Assembly (NCBI GenBank): GCA_902522415.1
Contig: CABYVI010000004.1
Coordinates: 1-63,301, forward strand
DNA: 63,301 nt
Source: an uncultured SAR116 cluster alpha proteobacterium
Lineage (GTDB): Bacteria > Pseudomonadota > Alphaproteobacteria > Puniceispirillales > GCA-002684695
Direction: 5' to 3'
The translations under genes were made by a program, and so were the position numbers. Under the pieces are notes generated by a model, which worked only from the letters and a program-made list of their open reading frames with translations, did not search any database and had not been told where the DNA came from. Position 1 is the first letter of the stretch. Each line of letters opens with the position of its first letter. Below are positions 18,955 through 28,662 of the stretch, in pieces.

Positions 18955-20436
18955 ATGGCAGATATAACTAATTCAAAAGTCTGGGATATTAAAGAATTGT
19001 CCCAGGCAATAAAAAATACAATTGAGAATTCATTCGAATATATCAAAATTAAAGGTGAAATATCTAAACCCAGTTTTCCTTCTTCTGGACATGTTTATTT
19101 TTCTTTGAAAGATGAAACATCCTTAGTTAATGCCACTATCTGGAAATGGAGTTTGTCTAATATTGGATTAATGCCAGAGGAAGGACTTGAGGTCATTTGT
19201 AGTGGAAGGTTAACTACTTACCCAGGCAGATCATCATATCAAATTAATGTATCAAAAATTGAGCATGCTGGAGAGGGCGCACTTTTAAAACAGCTAGAGG
19301 AGAGGAAAAAATTTTTTTTTTCAAAGGGTTATTTTAGTGAAGATCTAAAAAAACCTCTACCACCTTTCCCAGAGTGCATCGGGGTTATTACAAGTATTAA
19401 AGGATCAGTCATTGAAGATATAATAGAAACCATTCAGGGTAGATGGCCATCTAAAGTTTTAATTTATTCAGTTCCAGTTCAGGGAAGTATAGCAGCTGAT
19501 AAAATTTCTGAAGCTTTAGAGTATTTTAACGATATAGAAAAAAATAAAATTACTAAGCCAGATGTTTTAATTATAGCAAGAGGTGGTGGGAGCGTTGAAG
19601 ATCTATGGGCATTTAATGAGGAAAAAATTATAAAAGCAGTATTTGCAAGTTCTCTTCCAGTAGTCTCTGCAATTGGTCATGAAACAGATACAACTTTGAT
19701 TGATTATGTTTCAGATCTTCGGGCCCCAACTCCAACAAAAGCAGCCGTTTTAGTAACTCCTAACAAAGACGATATTAAAATAAAAATCAGTGACTTTTTA
19801 AAAAGGATTAATTATTCAATTTATAATAAAATTGAGGAAAAAAAAGCTAGAATTTTATTTCAGAAGAAAAATTTTGATAAATTGGAAAACTTTTTATCCT
19901 CTCCAAATCAGAGGCTAGATTTAAGAATAAATGAGAAGAATAATTCAATAAATAGTTTGCTATCTAATAAAAATTTAAACTATTTGTCTTTAAAATCAAA
20001 ACTTGGCAGTCCAGATAACCTTTTTTATAAAATAGAAAAGGAAGTTGAAAAACTTCTTCATGAAGTTTCAAATTTAATTGATATTAAATTAAATTCTAAT
20101 CGCCTAAAGTTTGTCGAAATATACAAGAATATCAGTCCCAAAACAATTATTTCATTTATAGATTTTTATAATAAAGACGTTAATTCAAATTATTTGAGGG
20201 TTGAGACTAATTTACAAAATAAATTATTAATCCATGAAGAAAAAGTAAATTCTCTTATGAGATTGTTGCAAAATAAAAATTTGTCAAACCTATTTGATAA
20301 AGGTTTTGTTTATATAGAAAATGAGTATGGTGAAAAGATTTCTGAACTAAAAAAAATAAGAACTAGTCAAACTTTGAATTTAAAATTTAAGGATGGTAAA
20401 GCTAAAGCAAAGATTTTTGATATAAAATTAAATTAG
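18955..20436 (+). CDS. xseA: Exodeoxyribonuclease VII large subunit
   Basis: SGHVYFSLKD, ARGGGSVEDLW, SAIGHETD, RAPTPT. Confidence 0.96.
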   Translation: MADITNSKVWDIKELSQAIKNTIENSFEYIKIKGEISKPSFPSSGHVYFSLKDETSLVNATIWKWSLSNIGLMPEEGLEVICSGRLTTYPGRSSYQINVSKIEHAGEGALLKQLEERKKFFFSKGYFSEDLKKPLPPFPECIGVITSIKGSVIEDIIETIQGRWPSKVLIYSVPVQGSIAADKISEALEYFNDIEKNKITKPDVLIIARGGGSVEDLWAFNEEKIIKAVFASSLPVVSAIGHETDTTLIDYVSDLRAPTPTKAAVLVTPNKDDIKIKISDFLKRINYSIYNKIEEKKARILFQKKNFDKLENFLSSPNQRLDLRINEKNNSINSLLSNKNLNYLSLKSKLGSPDNLFYKIEKEVEKLLHEVSNLIDIKLNSNRLKFVEIYKNISPKTIISFIDFYNKDVNSNYLRVETNLQNKLLIHEEKVNSLMRLLQNKNLSNLFDKGFVYIENEYGEKISELKKIRTSQTLNLKFKDGKAKAKIFDIKLN

Positions 20437-20445
20437 GTATAAATA

Positions 20446-21321
20446 TCAAACTTTCCATCTTCTATGATGCCAAAACCATTGACCAGGGTGCTCATCTATC
20501 CAAGACGAAATAACCTTGTTTATTTCCAGCATAATATTCTTAATTTTTGTTTCTTTGTCACCTTTAAATTTATCTAGATCAATTCTTGGATGTATAACAA
20601 TGTCAAAAAAGCTTCCTTTTTTTCTAATAATTTGAAGTGGTATTATTGGACATTTCAGTTTCAGTGACATAACTGCAGGAGATGTAAGAGTATTTGCTGG
20701 TTTCCCCATAAAATCAATTTTTATTCCGGTGTTAAGTCTTTGATCTGACAAAAGAAGCACTATTCCTTTCGAACGAAGAACTGACAACATTTTAATAGCC
20801 CCCTTGTTTCCTTTTGGCACTACCTCACCAGGTAAGGGTGACTGTTTCTTTCTTAATATCCATTCTGCTAAAGGGGCATTTAATTTTCTGTAAACTCTCA
20901 TAATAGGTCTATTTATTGATACTCCAGGGTAGGGAGTTAATTCCCAGTTTGCTAGATGAGCAGCAACAAATATAAACGCATCCGAATTATCAGGCAGATT
21001 TTCTTTGCCCTTTACTGTAATAAACTTCTCTATGTTGCCCAAATGGGGGTACTCACCTGCATTACGTCCAAGATTTTCAACAGCTTCATAAAATATTTTT
21101 TGTTGTTCAGATTTATCTAATTTAGGGTAAATTAATCGTATATTATCTAAAGCCCTCTTGTTTTGAGGAATAATTGGGGATAAAATTAAAGCTAATTTTC
21201 CCCCCAACCAACTAGCAGTTTCAGGTTTTAAACATGAAAAAAAATAAAATAGAAATATAGCTAAAATACCTTGTAAAGGTTCAAATAATATTCTTTCTAT
21301 TATCTTTTTAATTTTTTTCAT
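20446..21321 (-). CDS. lpxL: Lipid A late acyltransferase (LpxL/HtrB family)
   Basis: AHLANWE, LLSDQ, PGQWFWHHRRWK; downstream of lpxK. Confidence 0.88.
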   Translation of the reverse strand: MKKIKKIIERILFEPLQGILAIFLFYFFSCLKPETASWLGGKLALILSPIIPQNKRALDNIRLIYPKLDKSEQQKIFYEAVENLGRNAGEYPHLGNIEKFITVKGKENLPDNSDAFIFVAAHLANWELTPYPGVSINRPIMRVYRKLNAPLAEWILRKKQSPLPGEVVPKGNKGAIKMLSVLRSKGIVLLLSDQRLNTGIKIDFMGKPANTLTSPAVMSLKLKCPIIPLQIIRKKGSFFDIVIHPRIDLDKFKGDKETKIKNIMLEINKVISSWIDEHPGQWFWHHRRWKV

Positions 21322-22312
21322 CTAAAAATTTTTTCAATTCATCAATAAAAAATTTTTCATTTTCCATCTTTAATTTTATGGGAAATGGTAGAATATATTT
21401 TTTGATTATACCATTCATTTCTGAAATTTTAACATAGTCTTTTTCAGTTGTAACTAAGTCTGCGTTGCATCTTTGGCTTTCTTTTACAAGCTCACTCAAT
21501 TGCCCATAGTTAAACTTGTGATGGTCAGGAAAATTTTTTGTTTTTACTACTTTTAAATTATTATTTTTTAGTAAATTGTAAAATTTACTTGGAAATCCAA
21601 TCCCCGCAAAAGCAAAAATATTTTTGCTTTTAAGTTTATTAATTATTAGAGGTTTTCCTTCAAAAGAAGCATAAAATATTTTAATATTTTGTTTTAACTT
21701 CTTTATTTTTGAGACTATATTTGTTTTATCCTCTCCAATTATAATAACCAAATCAATTTTTTTTAACCCTTCTAATAAACTTTCCCTCATAGGTCCTGCA
21801 GGTAATATTCTGCCATTCCCTATTCCCTCATCTCCATTAAAGACAGCTATGTTTAAATTTTTAATGACTGATTGACTTTGAAGTCCATCATCCATAATTA
21901 TTAAATTTTTTTCTTTATTTCTGTCTTCTATTAATTTAACAGCTTTATATCTATTATTAGATATCCAAGTTTCATTTATTTTAGAATGAAGAACCGCTTC
22001 GTCACCTGCATCAATAGAGTTATGATTTGATGTTATTTTAATGGGTCCATTAAGTTTGCCTTGATAACCTTTTAGTAAAACAACTGTGTTAAAATTAAGT
22101 TTTTTTAACAAATTTGATATATAAATCACAGTTGGAGTTTTTCCAGAACCACCAATTGTAAAATTACCTACACATATTACTAATAAATTTGATTTATAGT
22201 TCTTTTCAAAGAAATTTCTAATTTTTCCTAAAATTATATAAACTAAACTAAATGGAAGGAGCATATCTGAAAATAGGTTTTTATTTTTCCAGAATTTTGG
22301 CTGTTGCATCAT
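21308..22312 (-). CDS. lpxK: Tetraacyldisaccharide 4'-kinase
   Basis: VGNFTIGGSGKTP, DDGLQ, LPAGPMRE, FPDHH, TTEKD. Confidence 0.96.
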   Translation of the reverse strand: MMQQPKFWKNKNLFSDMLLPFSLVYIILGKIRNFFEKNYKSNLLVICVGNFTIGGSGKTPTVIYISNLLKKLNFNTVVLLKGYQGKLNGPIKITSNHNSIDAGDEAVLHSKINETWISNNRYKAVKLIEDRNKEKNLIIMDDGLQSQSVIKNLNIAVFNGDEGIGNGRILPAGPMRESLLEGLKKIDLVIIIGEDKTNIVSKIKKLKQNIKIFYASFEGKPLIINKLKSKNIFAFAGIGFPSKFYNLLKNNNLKVVKTKNFPDHHKFNYGQLSELVKESQRCNADLVTTEKDYVKISEMNGIIKKYILPFPIKLKMENEKFFIDELKKFLDEKN

Positions 22313-22317
22313 TTCAA

Positions 22318-23607
22318 CTAATTTATTAAATTAAAGTTTTTAACTACATTGTTGGCAACTTTATTTCTTTCTTTTGTCCACTCCTTAGTCAATAAAAAAC
22401 TTGCATTCTTGAAGTCATTCTTTACATGATTATTTGATAAAATCATTTTAAAAGTTTCAGTTAATTCATCAACAGAATTAGAATTCAATTGTATAATTGC
22501 TTTTTCTTTTTTCATTTGGTTTACAATGTTTTGACATTTTTCTGTATGAGGTCCAATTATAATACCAGTATTATAATGACATGCTTCTGACGGGTTGTGC
22601 CCACCATAAGGATGAAGTGAACCTCCTACAAATACTATTTCAGACAAGGAATATAATGTTGGCAATTCACCATAGGTATCAGATATCCAAAACTCGTCAT
22701 CTAAATTTGGAAACTCATTTTTGCTTTTAATTTTAATTTTTGGATTACTAAGCTTACTAATTATACTAGACCTTTTTATATGTCTTGGGACAATGATTAG
22801 TAGTATTTTGAAACTTTCTTGATTTAACTTTTTTACACAATTAATGAGAATTTCTTCCTCATATTCACGTGTTGAAGCTGCAAGAACAATATTTCTCTGT
22901 GAACTAATATTTTGAAATTTTTTAATTATGTTTTCATCTGGAAGTATTGGTGGCAGGGATGCTTTTAGACTTTGAGAAGTGGAAACTTTATCGGCTCCCA
23001 TAAGCTTAAATTTTTTGGTTTGATTTTCGTCGGTAGTAAAGATTAGGTCTATCTGACTAAACAAAAAGTTTGTGTTATCATAACCTATTTTAGACATTCT
23101 TTTAAAACTACTATCAGAAACTTGAGCAGAAGCCATAATTATAGGTATTTTTTTATTTTTTGAACAAATAATAAAATTAGGCCAAATTTCTGATTCAACC
23201 ATAATTAAAATATCGGGCTTCCAAAAATTTAAGAAACGATTCACCCATTTCCTATTATCTAAAGGATGATATTGGTGGATAACATCTTTATTCTTTTTTA
23301 AAAAATAACTTGAGGTAATTGTTCCAGAGGTGATTAAAATTTTACCCTTGAAACCAACTTCTCTCAGACCAATTGACAATGAGGTTGCTGAAACAATTTC
23401 ACCTAAACTTGCACCGTGTAGCCATATCAACTTCTCTCCTTTTTTTTGTATATTTATTGAAGAGTAACCAAATCTTTCTCTAATTCTGGATATTTCCTCC
23501 TTCCCAATCATTAATCTATAAATAAGCAAAATTGGAATGAGTGGCGTTATTAATAACCATAGAAAATCATAGAAATATAATATTTGTTTTGGATTGAAAA
23601 ACCTCAT
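22318..23607 (-). CDS. waaA: Kdo transferase
   Basis: WLHGASLGE, ESEIWPN, VPRH, VGGS..GGHN. Confidence 0.95.
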   Translation of the reverse strand: MRFFNPKQILYFYDFLWLLITPLIPILLIYRLMIGKEEISRIRERFGYSSINIQKKGEKLIWLHGASLGEIVSATSLSIGLREVGFKGKILITSGTITSSYFLKKNKDVIHQYHPLDNRKWVNRFLNFWKPDILIMVESEIWPNFIICSKNKKIPIIMASAQVSDSSFKRMSKIGYDNTNFLFSQIDLIFTTDENQTKKFKLMGADKVSTSQSLKASLPPILPDENIIKKFQNISSQRNIVLAASTREYEEEILINCVKKLNQESFKILLIIVPRHIKRSSIISKLSNPKIKIKSKNEFPNLDDEFWISDTYGELPTLYSLSEIVFVGGSLHPYGGHNPSEACHYNTGIIIGPHTEKCQNIVNQMKKEKAIIQLNSNSVDELTETFKMILSNNHVKNDFKNASFLLTKEWTKERNKVANNVVKNFNLIN

Positions 23608-24278
23608 TTGTTATGTCCAAAATAATTATCTGCAAGTTTAGTATAATAATTTAATGATTCATTTAATTCATTTGTTAATCTTACAATATCATCTTTATTT
23701 GAATTTTTTGGAACTTCAATTGGTTCTCCCCATACCCAAATGCCTTTTGAAAAAGGTTTTGGTACTAATGATTTATCCCAATTTTTTAGTCTCCAAAAGC
23801 TGGATGTGGACCACGCAATTGGAAAAATTTTAATATTTGCAATTTTTGCCACTGCAATTGGACCTTGACTGCATTCTAAAGCAGGACCTCTAGGTCCGTC
23901 TGGTGTTATTCCGATACTAACGCCCTTTTTTGCTTTCTTTATCAAACCAATTATCCCACCAGCAGCATTGCGGTTTGTTGAACCCCATACAGTTTGAAAA
24001 CCCAAAATGTTAATTGCTTTCGCAATAAGGCGTCCGTCAGAGTGTGGAGATTGAAGCATAGCTAAAGGTTTTTTCATTGGCCAAATTTTACTCATTACAG
24101 CAATTCTTTCATGCCAAAAAACAACAATAATTGGCTCATTACCTTTAAGAGCATTGTATTTTAACTGCTCATTTAGTGTTTTCCATCTTATTGAAGAAGA
24201 AAGAAATTTAATAACAATAGCTATTATAAATGCAATTATTGCTTGCCCAAAGTTTGTTTTACTTATTCTTTTGATCAT
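23604..24278 (-). CDS. lpxJ: DUF374 acyltransferase (LpxJ-like)
   Basis: FWHER, S.H.DG, WGST, ITPDGPRGP, WD..LVPKPFS; upstream of waaA. Start at 24278 or 24293. Confidence 0.75.
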   Translation of the reverse strand: MIKRISKTNFGQAIIAFIIAIVIKFLSSSIRWKTLNEQLKYNALKGNEPIIVVFWHERIAVMSKIWPMKKPLAMLQSPHSDGRLIAKAINILGFQTVWGSTNRNAAGGIIGLIKKAKKGVSIGITPDGPRGPALECSQGPIAVAKIANIKIFPIAWSTSSFWRLKNWDKSLVPKPFSKGIWVWGEPIEVPKNSNKDDIVRLTNELNESLNYYTKLADNYFGHNK

Positions 24279-24406
24279 GTTTGTAACATTCAAAAAAAAG
24301 TTTTATCATTATACTTATAATGTATATAAAGTTTTTATTTTAAATTTAATAGCTCCATTTTTTTTAATAACTTTTGTAGTTTTAACTTTAATTGTTGTGG
24401 TTCAAA

Positions 24407-26176
24407 ATGACAGATACAAATTCTGATAACTTGTTGGTAAAAAATGCAGCGAAAACTATAGCTAGTAGATTTTGGAATGATTATATAAGACCAAAGAGAT
24501 CATTGGTGATTTTATGTTTATTTTTGTTAGCTTTAGTAGCGATAAGTTTTGCTTTTTATCCTGCTCTTATGGGATGGGTATTTGATGCATTGGAAGCTAA
24601 AAATACAAATTTATTATTCAAACTCGCAGGTTTAATTGTCGTAATTTCTGTAATTAAGGCTTATGCAGTTTATAGACAAATAGAAGTAGTAAATAAGTTA
24701 GTTTTTTCAATTATTGAACAAATTCAATTTGAAATGACGGCTAATCTTATTGATGCAGATCTCTCAAAAGTCACATCACAACCACCAGGGCACTTTGTTT
24801 CAAGAATAGTAAATGATCTTAATCTTATTAGAGATGCTCTGGTAAGGGTTGCTAATTCATTTGTTAAAGATAGCCTAACATTAATTGCGATGATATGCCT
24901 AATGGCTTGGTATGATTGGTTTTTAGCATTTTTAGTTTTATGCGTTTTTCCCATTGCCATTTATCCAATTATAAAAATTGGACTTGATCAAAGGAAAGCT
25001 AGTTATAACCTCCAAAAACATATGGAAAACCTCATTTCTCAATTGTCAGAAACCATATTAAATATTCCAGTAATAAAAGCATATAATTTAGAGAGCAATC
25101 AAAAAGAAAAAAGTAAAAACAACTTTAATCAGCTTTTCTTGAGGGTTATGAAATTAAATATTGGTAGAGCTAGAGTTGAACCTGTTTTAGAAATCTTAGG
25201 CGGGATAGCTATTTCAGTAGTTATTATTTCAGGTGCTTGGAGACTAGGTCAAGTGGACTTTAGTGTAGGAGACTTTGCTGGTTTTATTACTGCAATGTTA
25301 TTGATGGTTCAACCTGCAAGAGGACTTGGAAGTTTCAACTCAGTTGTGCAAGAAGGTATTGCTGCAGCTAGTCGAATTTATCAATTAATTGATGAAAAAC
25401 CCTCTGTCATTTCACCAATTTCACCAGTTAAAACTTTATCTCAAAATACAGTAATACAGTTTGAAAATGTATCATTTAGATATGGAAAAATAGATGTTTT
25501 AAAGAACATTTCGTTTATAGCAGAAAAGGGAAAAGTTACAGCAATCGTTGGAGCTTCTGGGGCTGGGAAAACTACTTTGCTTGGTCTTATAGAAAGGTTC
25601 TACGATGTTAATCAGGGTGTAATTTATTTGGCAGAGCGAGATTTAAGAGATCTAGATATCTCATTATTAAGATCTAAAATTTCCTATGTATCCCAAGATA
25701 CCTCATTATTTAATGATACTATAAAAAACAATATTTTGTTTGGGAACGAAAAGTCAGACTTTGAGAGTATAAAGAAAGCTGCACAAAGTGCCGCTGCTCA
25801 TAACTTTATCCAATCTTTACCTGAAGGATATGAGACAAAAATAGGTACTGGAGGTAATTTACTTTCAGGTGGTCAAAGACAAAGAATAGCGATTGCCAGG
25901 GCTTTTCTAAGGGATGCTCCAATTTTGTTAATGGATGAAGCGACAAGTTCTTTAGATAGTGAATCAGAGTCAAAAGTTCAACATGCTATGGAAAAACTTG
26001 CAAAAGGAAGGACAACGATAGTTGTAGCTCATAGATTGTCAACAGTTAGAAAGGCTGACAAAATAATTGTTTTAGATAACGGAAAAATAGTTGAGAGTGG
26101 TTCACATGAGACTTTAATTGCACAAGATGGTGTTTATACAAATTTATGTAGGCTTCAATTTTTTTCAGATTTTTAG
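24407..26176 (+). CDS. msbA: Lipid A flippase-type ABC exporter
   Basis: Six TM segments plus NBD: GASGAGKTT, LSGGQRQR, DEATS, AHRLST; embedded in the lipid A cluster. Confidence 0.85.
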   Translation: MTDTNSDNLLVKNAAKTIASRFWNDYIRPKRSLVILCLFLLALVAISFAFYPALMGWVFDALEAKNTNLLFKLAGLIVVISVIKAYAVYRQIEVVNKLVFSIIEQIQFEMTANLIDADLSKVTSQPPGHFVSRIVNDLNLIRDALVRVANSFVKDSLTLIAMICLMAWYDWFLAFLVLCVFPIAIYPIIKIGLDQRKASYNLQKHMENLISQLSETILNIPVIKAYNLESNQKEKSKNNFNQLFLRVMKLNIGRARVEPVLEILGGIAISVVIISGAWRLGQVDFSVGDFAGFITAMLLMVQPARGLGSFNSVVQEGIAAASRIYQLIDEKPSVISPISPVKTLSQNTVIQFENVSFRYGKIDVLKNISFIAEKGKVTAIVGASGAGKTTLLGLIERFYDVNQGVIYLAERDLRDLDISLLRSKISYVSQDTSLFNDTIKNNILFGNEKSDFESIKKAAQSAAAHNFIQSLPEGYETKIGTGGNLLSGGQRQRIAIARAFLRDAPILLMDEATSSLDSESESKVQHAMEKLAKGRTTIVVAHRLSTVRKADKIIVLDNGKIVESGSHETLIAQDGVYTNLCRLQFFSDF

Positions 26177-26178
26177 GG

Positions 26179-26823
26179 CTATTCTCTTCTCAATAATTTA
26201 TCAACTAAAACTTTTAATATATTTAATTTAAAATTCTTTTTTAATTCTTCGGGGTTATAAACTCTTTCTGACCATTCCCAAAAAGACAGTTTGCCCCCTT
26301 GTAATAAGAAATATTCAAAGTTTTCAAAAAATTGGTCAAGTATTCCTGATTTAGCAAATCTCACATGTAAAAATTTAAATGAAAGCTGTTTTTTAGCAAT
26401 ATTAATACTAACTCCTTTAGATATAAGATATAATGTTGCCATTAAGCCTGTTCTATCTGCTCCAGATTTACAATGTATCAATGCTGGGTAGTCAATTTCT
26501 TTGAATATTTTTTTTGAATTTTTTATTTGGTCTATAGTAGGTGCTCCTCTGGAGTGCAATTTAAATTCAATAAGTTTTAAATTTAAATTTTTACAAACCC
26601 TTCTCTCCATTTGGTCGACAAGATCATTCCTAGCTCCTCTGAGATTAATAATAGTTTTAAACCCATCATTTTTAAATTTCAGTAAAAGAAAAGGAGAGGG
26701 CTGAGCTGATCTAGATAAGTTTTCATCAATCTTCCAAATATTTGGATATAGCGCTCTTAAAAACCCATGATCAAAAAATATTCTTTGTTTCCATTCTTGA
26801 AGACTTTCTTTTATTCCAAGCAC
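26179..26823 (-). CDS. Tyrosine-phosphatase-fold protein, CtpA-like
   Basis: RSAQP, IINLRG, HCKSGADRTG (CX5R) motif; adjacent to msbA as for Caulobacter ctpA. Confidence 0.8.
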   Translation of the reverse strand: MLGIKESLQEWKQRIFFDHGFLRALYPNIWKIDENLSRSAQPSPFLLLKFKNDGFKTIINLRGARNDLVDQMERRVCKNLNLKLIEFKLHSRGAPTIDQIKNSKKIFKEIDYPALIHCKSGADRTGLMATLYLISKGVSINIAKKQLSFKFLHVRFAKSGILDQFFENFEYFLLQGGKLSFWEWSERVYNPEELKKNFKLNILKVLVDKLLRRE

Positions 26824-26914
26824 TTTTAGTTACCCATTAATAAATAATTAACCATCTAATAACATAAATTCTTTTAAATTTGACTTATTTTGATTTTAAG
26901 TAAATAAAATCTTC

Positions 26915-27871
26915 ATGACATTAAAAATATATATTGACGGCGTAGAAGGTACTACAGGTTTACAATTAAAACAACGTTTATTATCACATAGTGAAGTTCA
27001 AATTTTAGATATAGATTATAACAAAAGGAAAAATTTAAAACATAAACTTGATAAATTCTCAAACGTAGATTTAATTTTTTTATGTTTGCCTGATCAAGAT
27101 GCAAAATTAATGGTTGCAGAAATAGAAAAAAACTTTGGATCCACAAAAGTAATTATTGATGCTTCAACTGCACATAGAATTTCAGATGGTTGGGTTTATG
27201 GTTTTCCTGAACTTCAAAGAATGCAAAGAAAGCAAATAAAGCAATCAAACAGAATATCTAACCCAGGTTGTTATCCAACAGGTGCTTTAGCTTTAATCCG
27301 GCCATTAGTTGATAATAAAATAATAAGCAATTCATCCTTGTTAGTAATAAACGCTATTAGTGGATTTACAGGTGGAGGAAAAAAATTAATTGAGTTTTTC
27401 TCAAAAAATGAAAAAGATAAATTTTATCACTACTCTACATTCTTAGATCATAAACATAATCAAGAAATCAAACATTATAGTTTATTAGATAAGTCACCAG
27501 TTTTTTGCCCTTCAGTAGGATCTTTCCCTCAGGGTATGGCGATATCTGTTCCACTTCATTATGATTGGTTTTCAAGTAATGCTAAGGGCAAAGATATATT
27601 TGAGCTTTTTAAAGATAATTACTCATCAGAACCACTTGTAACTATTAATGAATTAAATTCCAAGGATCATTTAACAGATAATGGTTTTTTATCTCCAGAA
27701 GTTTTAATTGGAACGAACTTTATTGATATATCTATTTTTTCAAATGATAAATCAGGCCAAATATGGTTAATTTCTAGATTAGATAATTTAGGGAAAGGTG
27801 CTTCAGGTGCTGCATTGCAAAATATGAATTTAAGATTTGGCTTTGATGAAAATTTAGGAGTTTGTTTATAA
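26915..27871 (+). CDS. argC: N-acetyl-gamma-glutamyl-phosphate reductase (type 2)
   Basis: IDG..GTTGL, DASTAHR, SNPGCYPTG, DNLGKGASGAA. Confidence 0.96.
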   Translation: MTLKIYIDGVEGTTGLQLKQRLLSHSEVQILDIDYNKRKNLKHKLDKFSNVDLIFLCLPDQDAKLMVAEIEKNFGSTKVIIDASTAHRISDGWVYGFPELQRMQRKQIKQSNRISNPGCYPTGALALIRPLVDNKIISNSSLLVINAISGFTGGGKKLIEFFSKNEKDKFYHYSTFLDHKHNQEIKHYSLLDKSPVFCPSVGSFPQGMAISVPLHYDWFSSNAKGKDIFELFKDNYSSEPLVTINELNSKDHLTDNGFLSPEVLIGTNFIDISIFSNDKSGQIWLISRLDNLGKGASGAALQNMNLRFGFDENLGVCL

Positions 27872-27875
27872 AAAA

Positions 27876-28661
27876 ATGAACTTTTTAGATGAAAGATGGA
27901 CAGAAATACCACAAGGTTTAGACAGAGCTAACTTGTATCCCTATGAAGCACCTAGTAAAAATTTTATTATTGATAAAGGAAAAATACAAAAACTACCAAA
28001 TGAATTCAAATTTGATAAACGAATTCCAATATTAGCAATTGGTTCTAATAGATCACCTTCACAATTATTGAGAAAGTTTGGTAAATTTGAAATAATTCCA
28101 GTTACAAATATAATTGTTAATAACTTTGATGTTACATATGCTTCTTTGATTTCTTATTATGGCGCTGTTCCAGCCACTTTATGGCCAGTAAAAGGCTCGA
28201 AGTTGCAATTATCAATCATTTGGTTAAATGACTCTCAGCTGAAAGTTATGCATGAAACTGAAGCTGTTGGTAAAGCATATGAATTTGTTAAATTTGATAA
28301 TGAAGTTATAAATTTTAAATCCTCTTTTATAATAAAAGGAAATATTTTTGGTTATGTGTCAAAATCTGGGGCTTTGAATTTTGGATCAAAAGTATTTGAG
28401 GTAAGGGCTTTGTCAGCTATTAAAGCAAAAAAAAGGATGCTAAAATCAATTAATCAACAAAAGGCACTAAAATTTCTTTCAAGCAAAATATTAAATATTT
28501 GTTCAAAGAAGAATATTTTTGATTTTAGGAATAAGGTTATTTCTGATAAAAACTATAGATTTGAAACTATTAAAAAATTAAATAAAATAGGAATTCAACC
28601 AGCAGTTACTCCTTGGAAAACTGTTAGAAATATTAAAACAAAATCAATTAAATTTTATTAA
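27876..28661 (+). CDS. Conserved hypothetical protein, possible gamma-glutamylcyclotransferase-like fold
   Basis: 261-aa ORF 4 nt after argC; LAIGSN and LKVMHETE motifs. Confidence 0.6.
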   Translation: MNFLDERWTEIPQGLDRANLYPYEAPSKNFIIDKGKIQKLPNEFKFDKRIPILAIGSNRSPSQLLRKFGKFEIIPVTNIIVNNFDVTYASLISYYGAVPATLWPVKGSKLQLSIIWLNDSQLKVMHETEAVGKAYEFVKFDNEVINFKSSFIIKGNIFGYVSKSGALNFGSKVFEVRALSAIKAKKRMLKSINQQKALKFLSSKILNICSKKNIFDFRNKVISDKNYRFETIKKLNKIGIQPAVTPWKTVRNIKTKSIKFY

Positions 28662-28662
28662 A

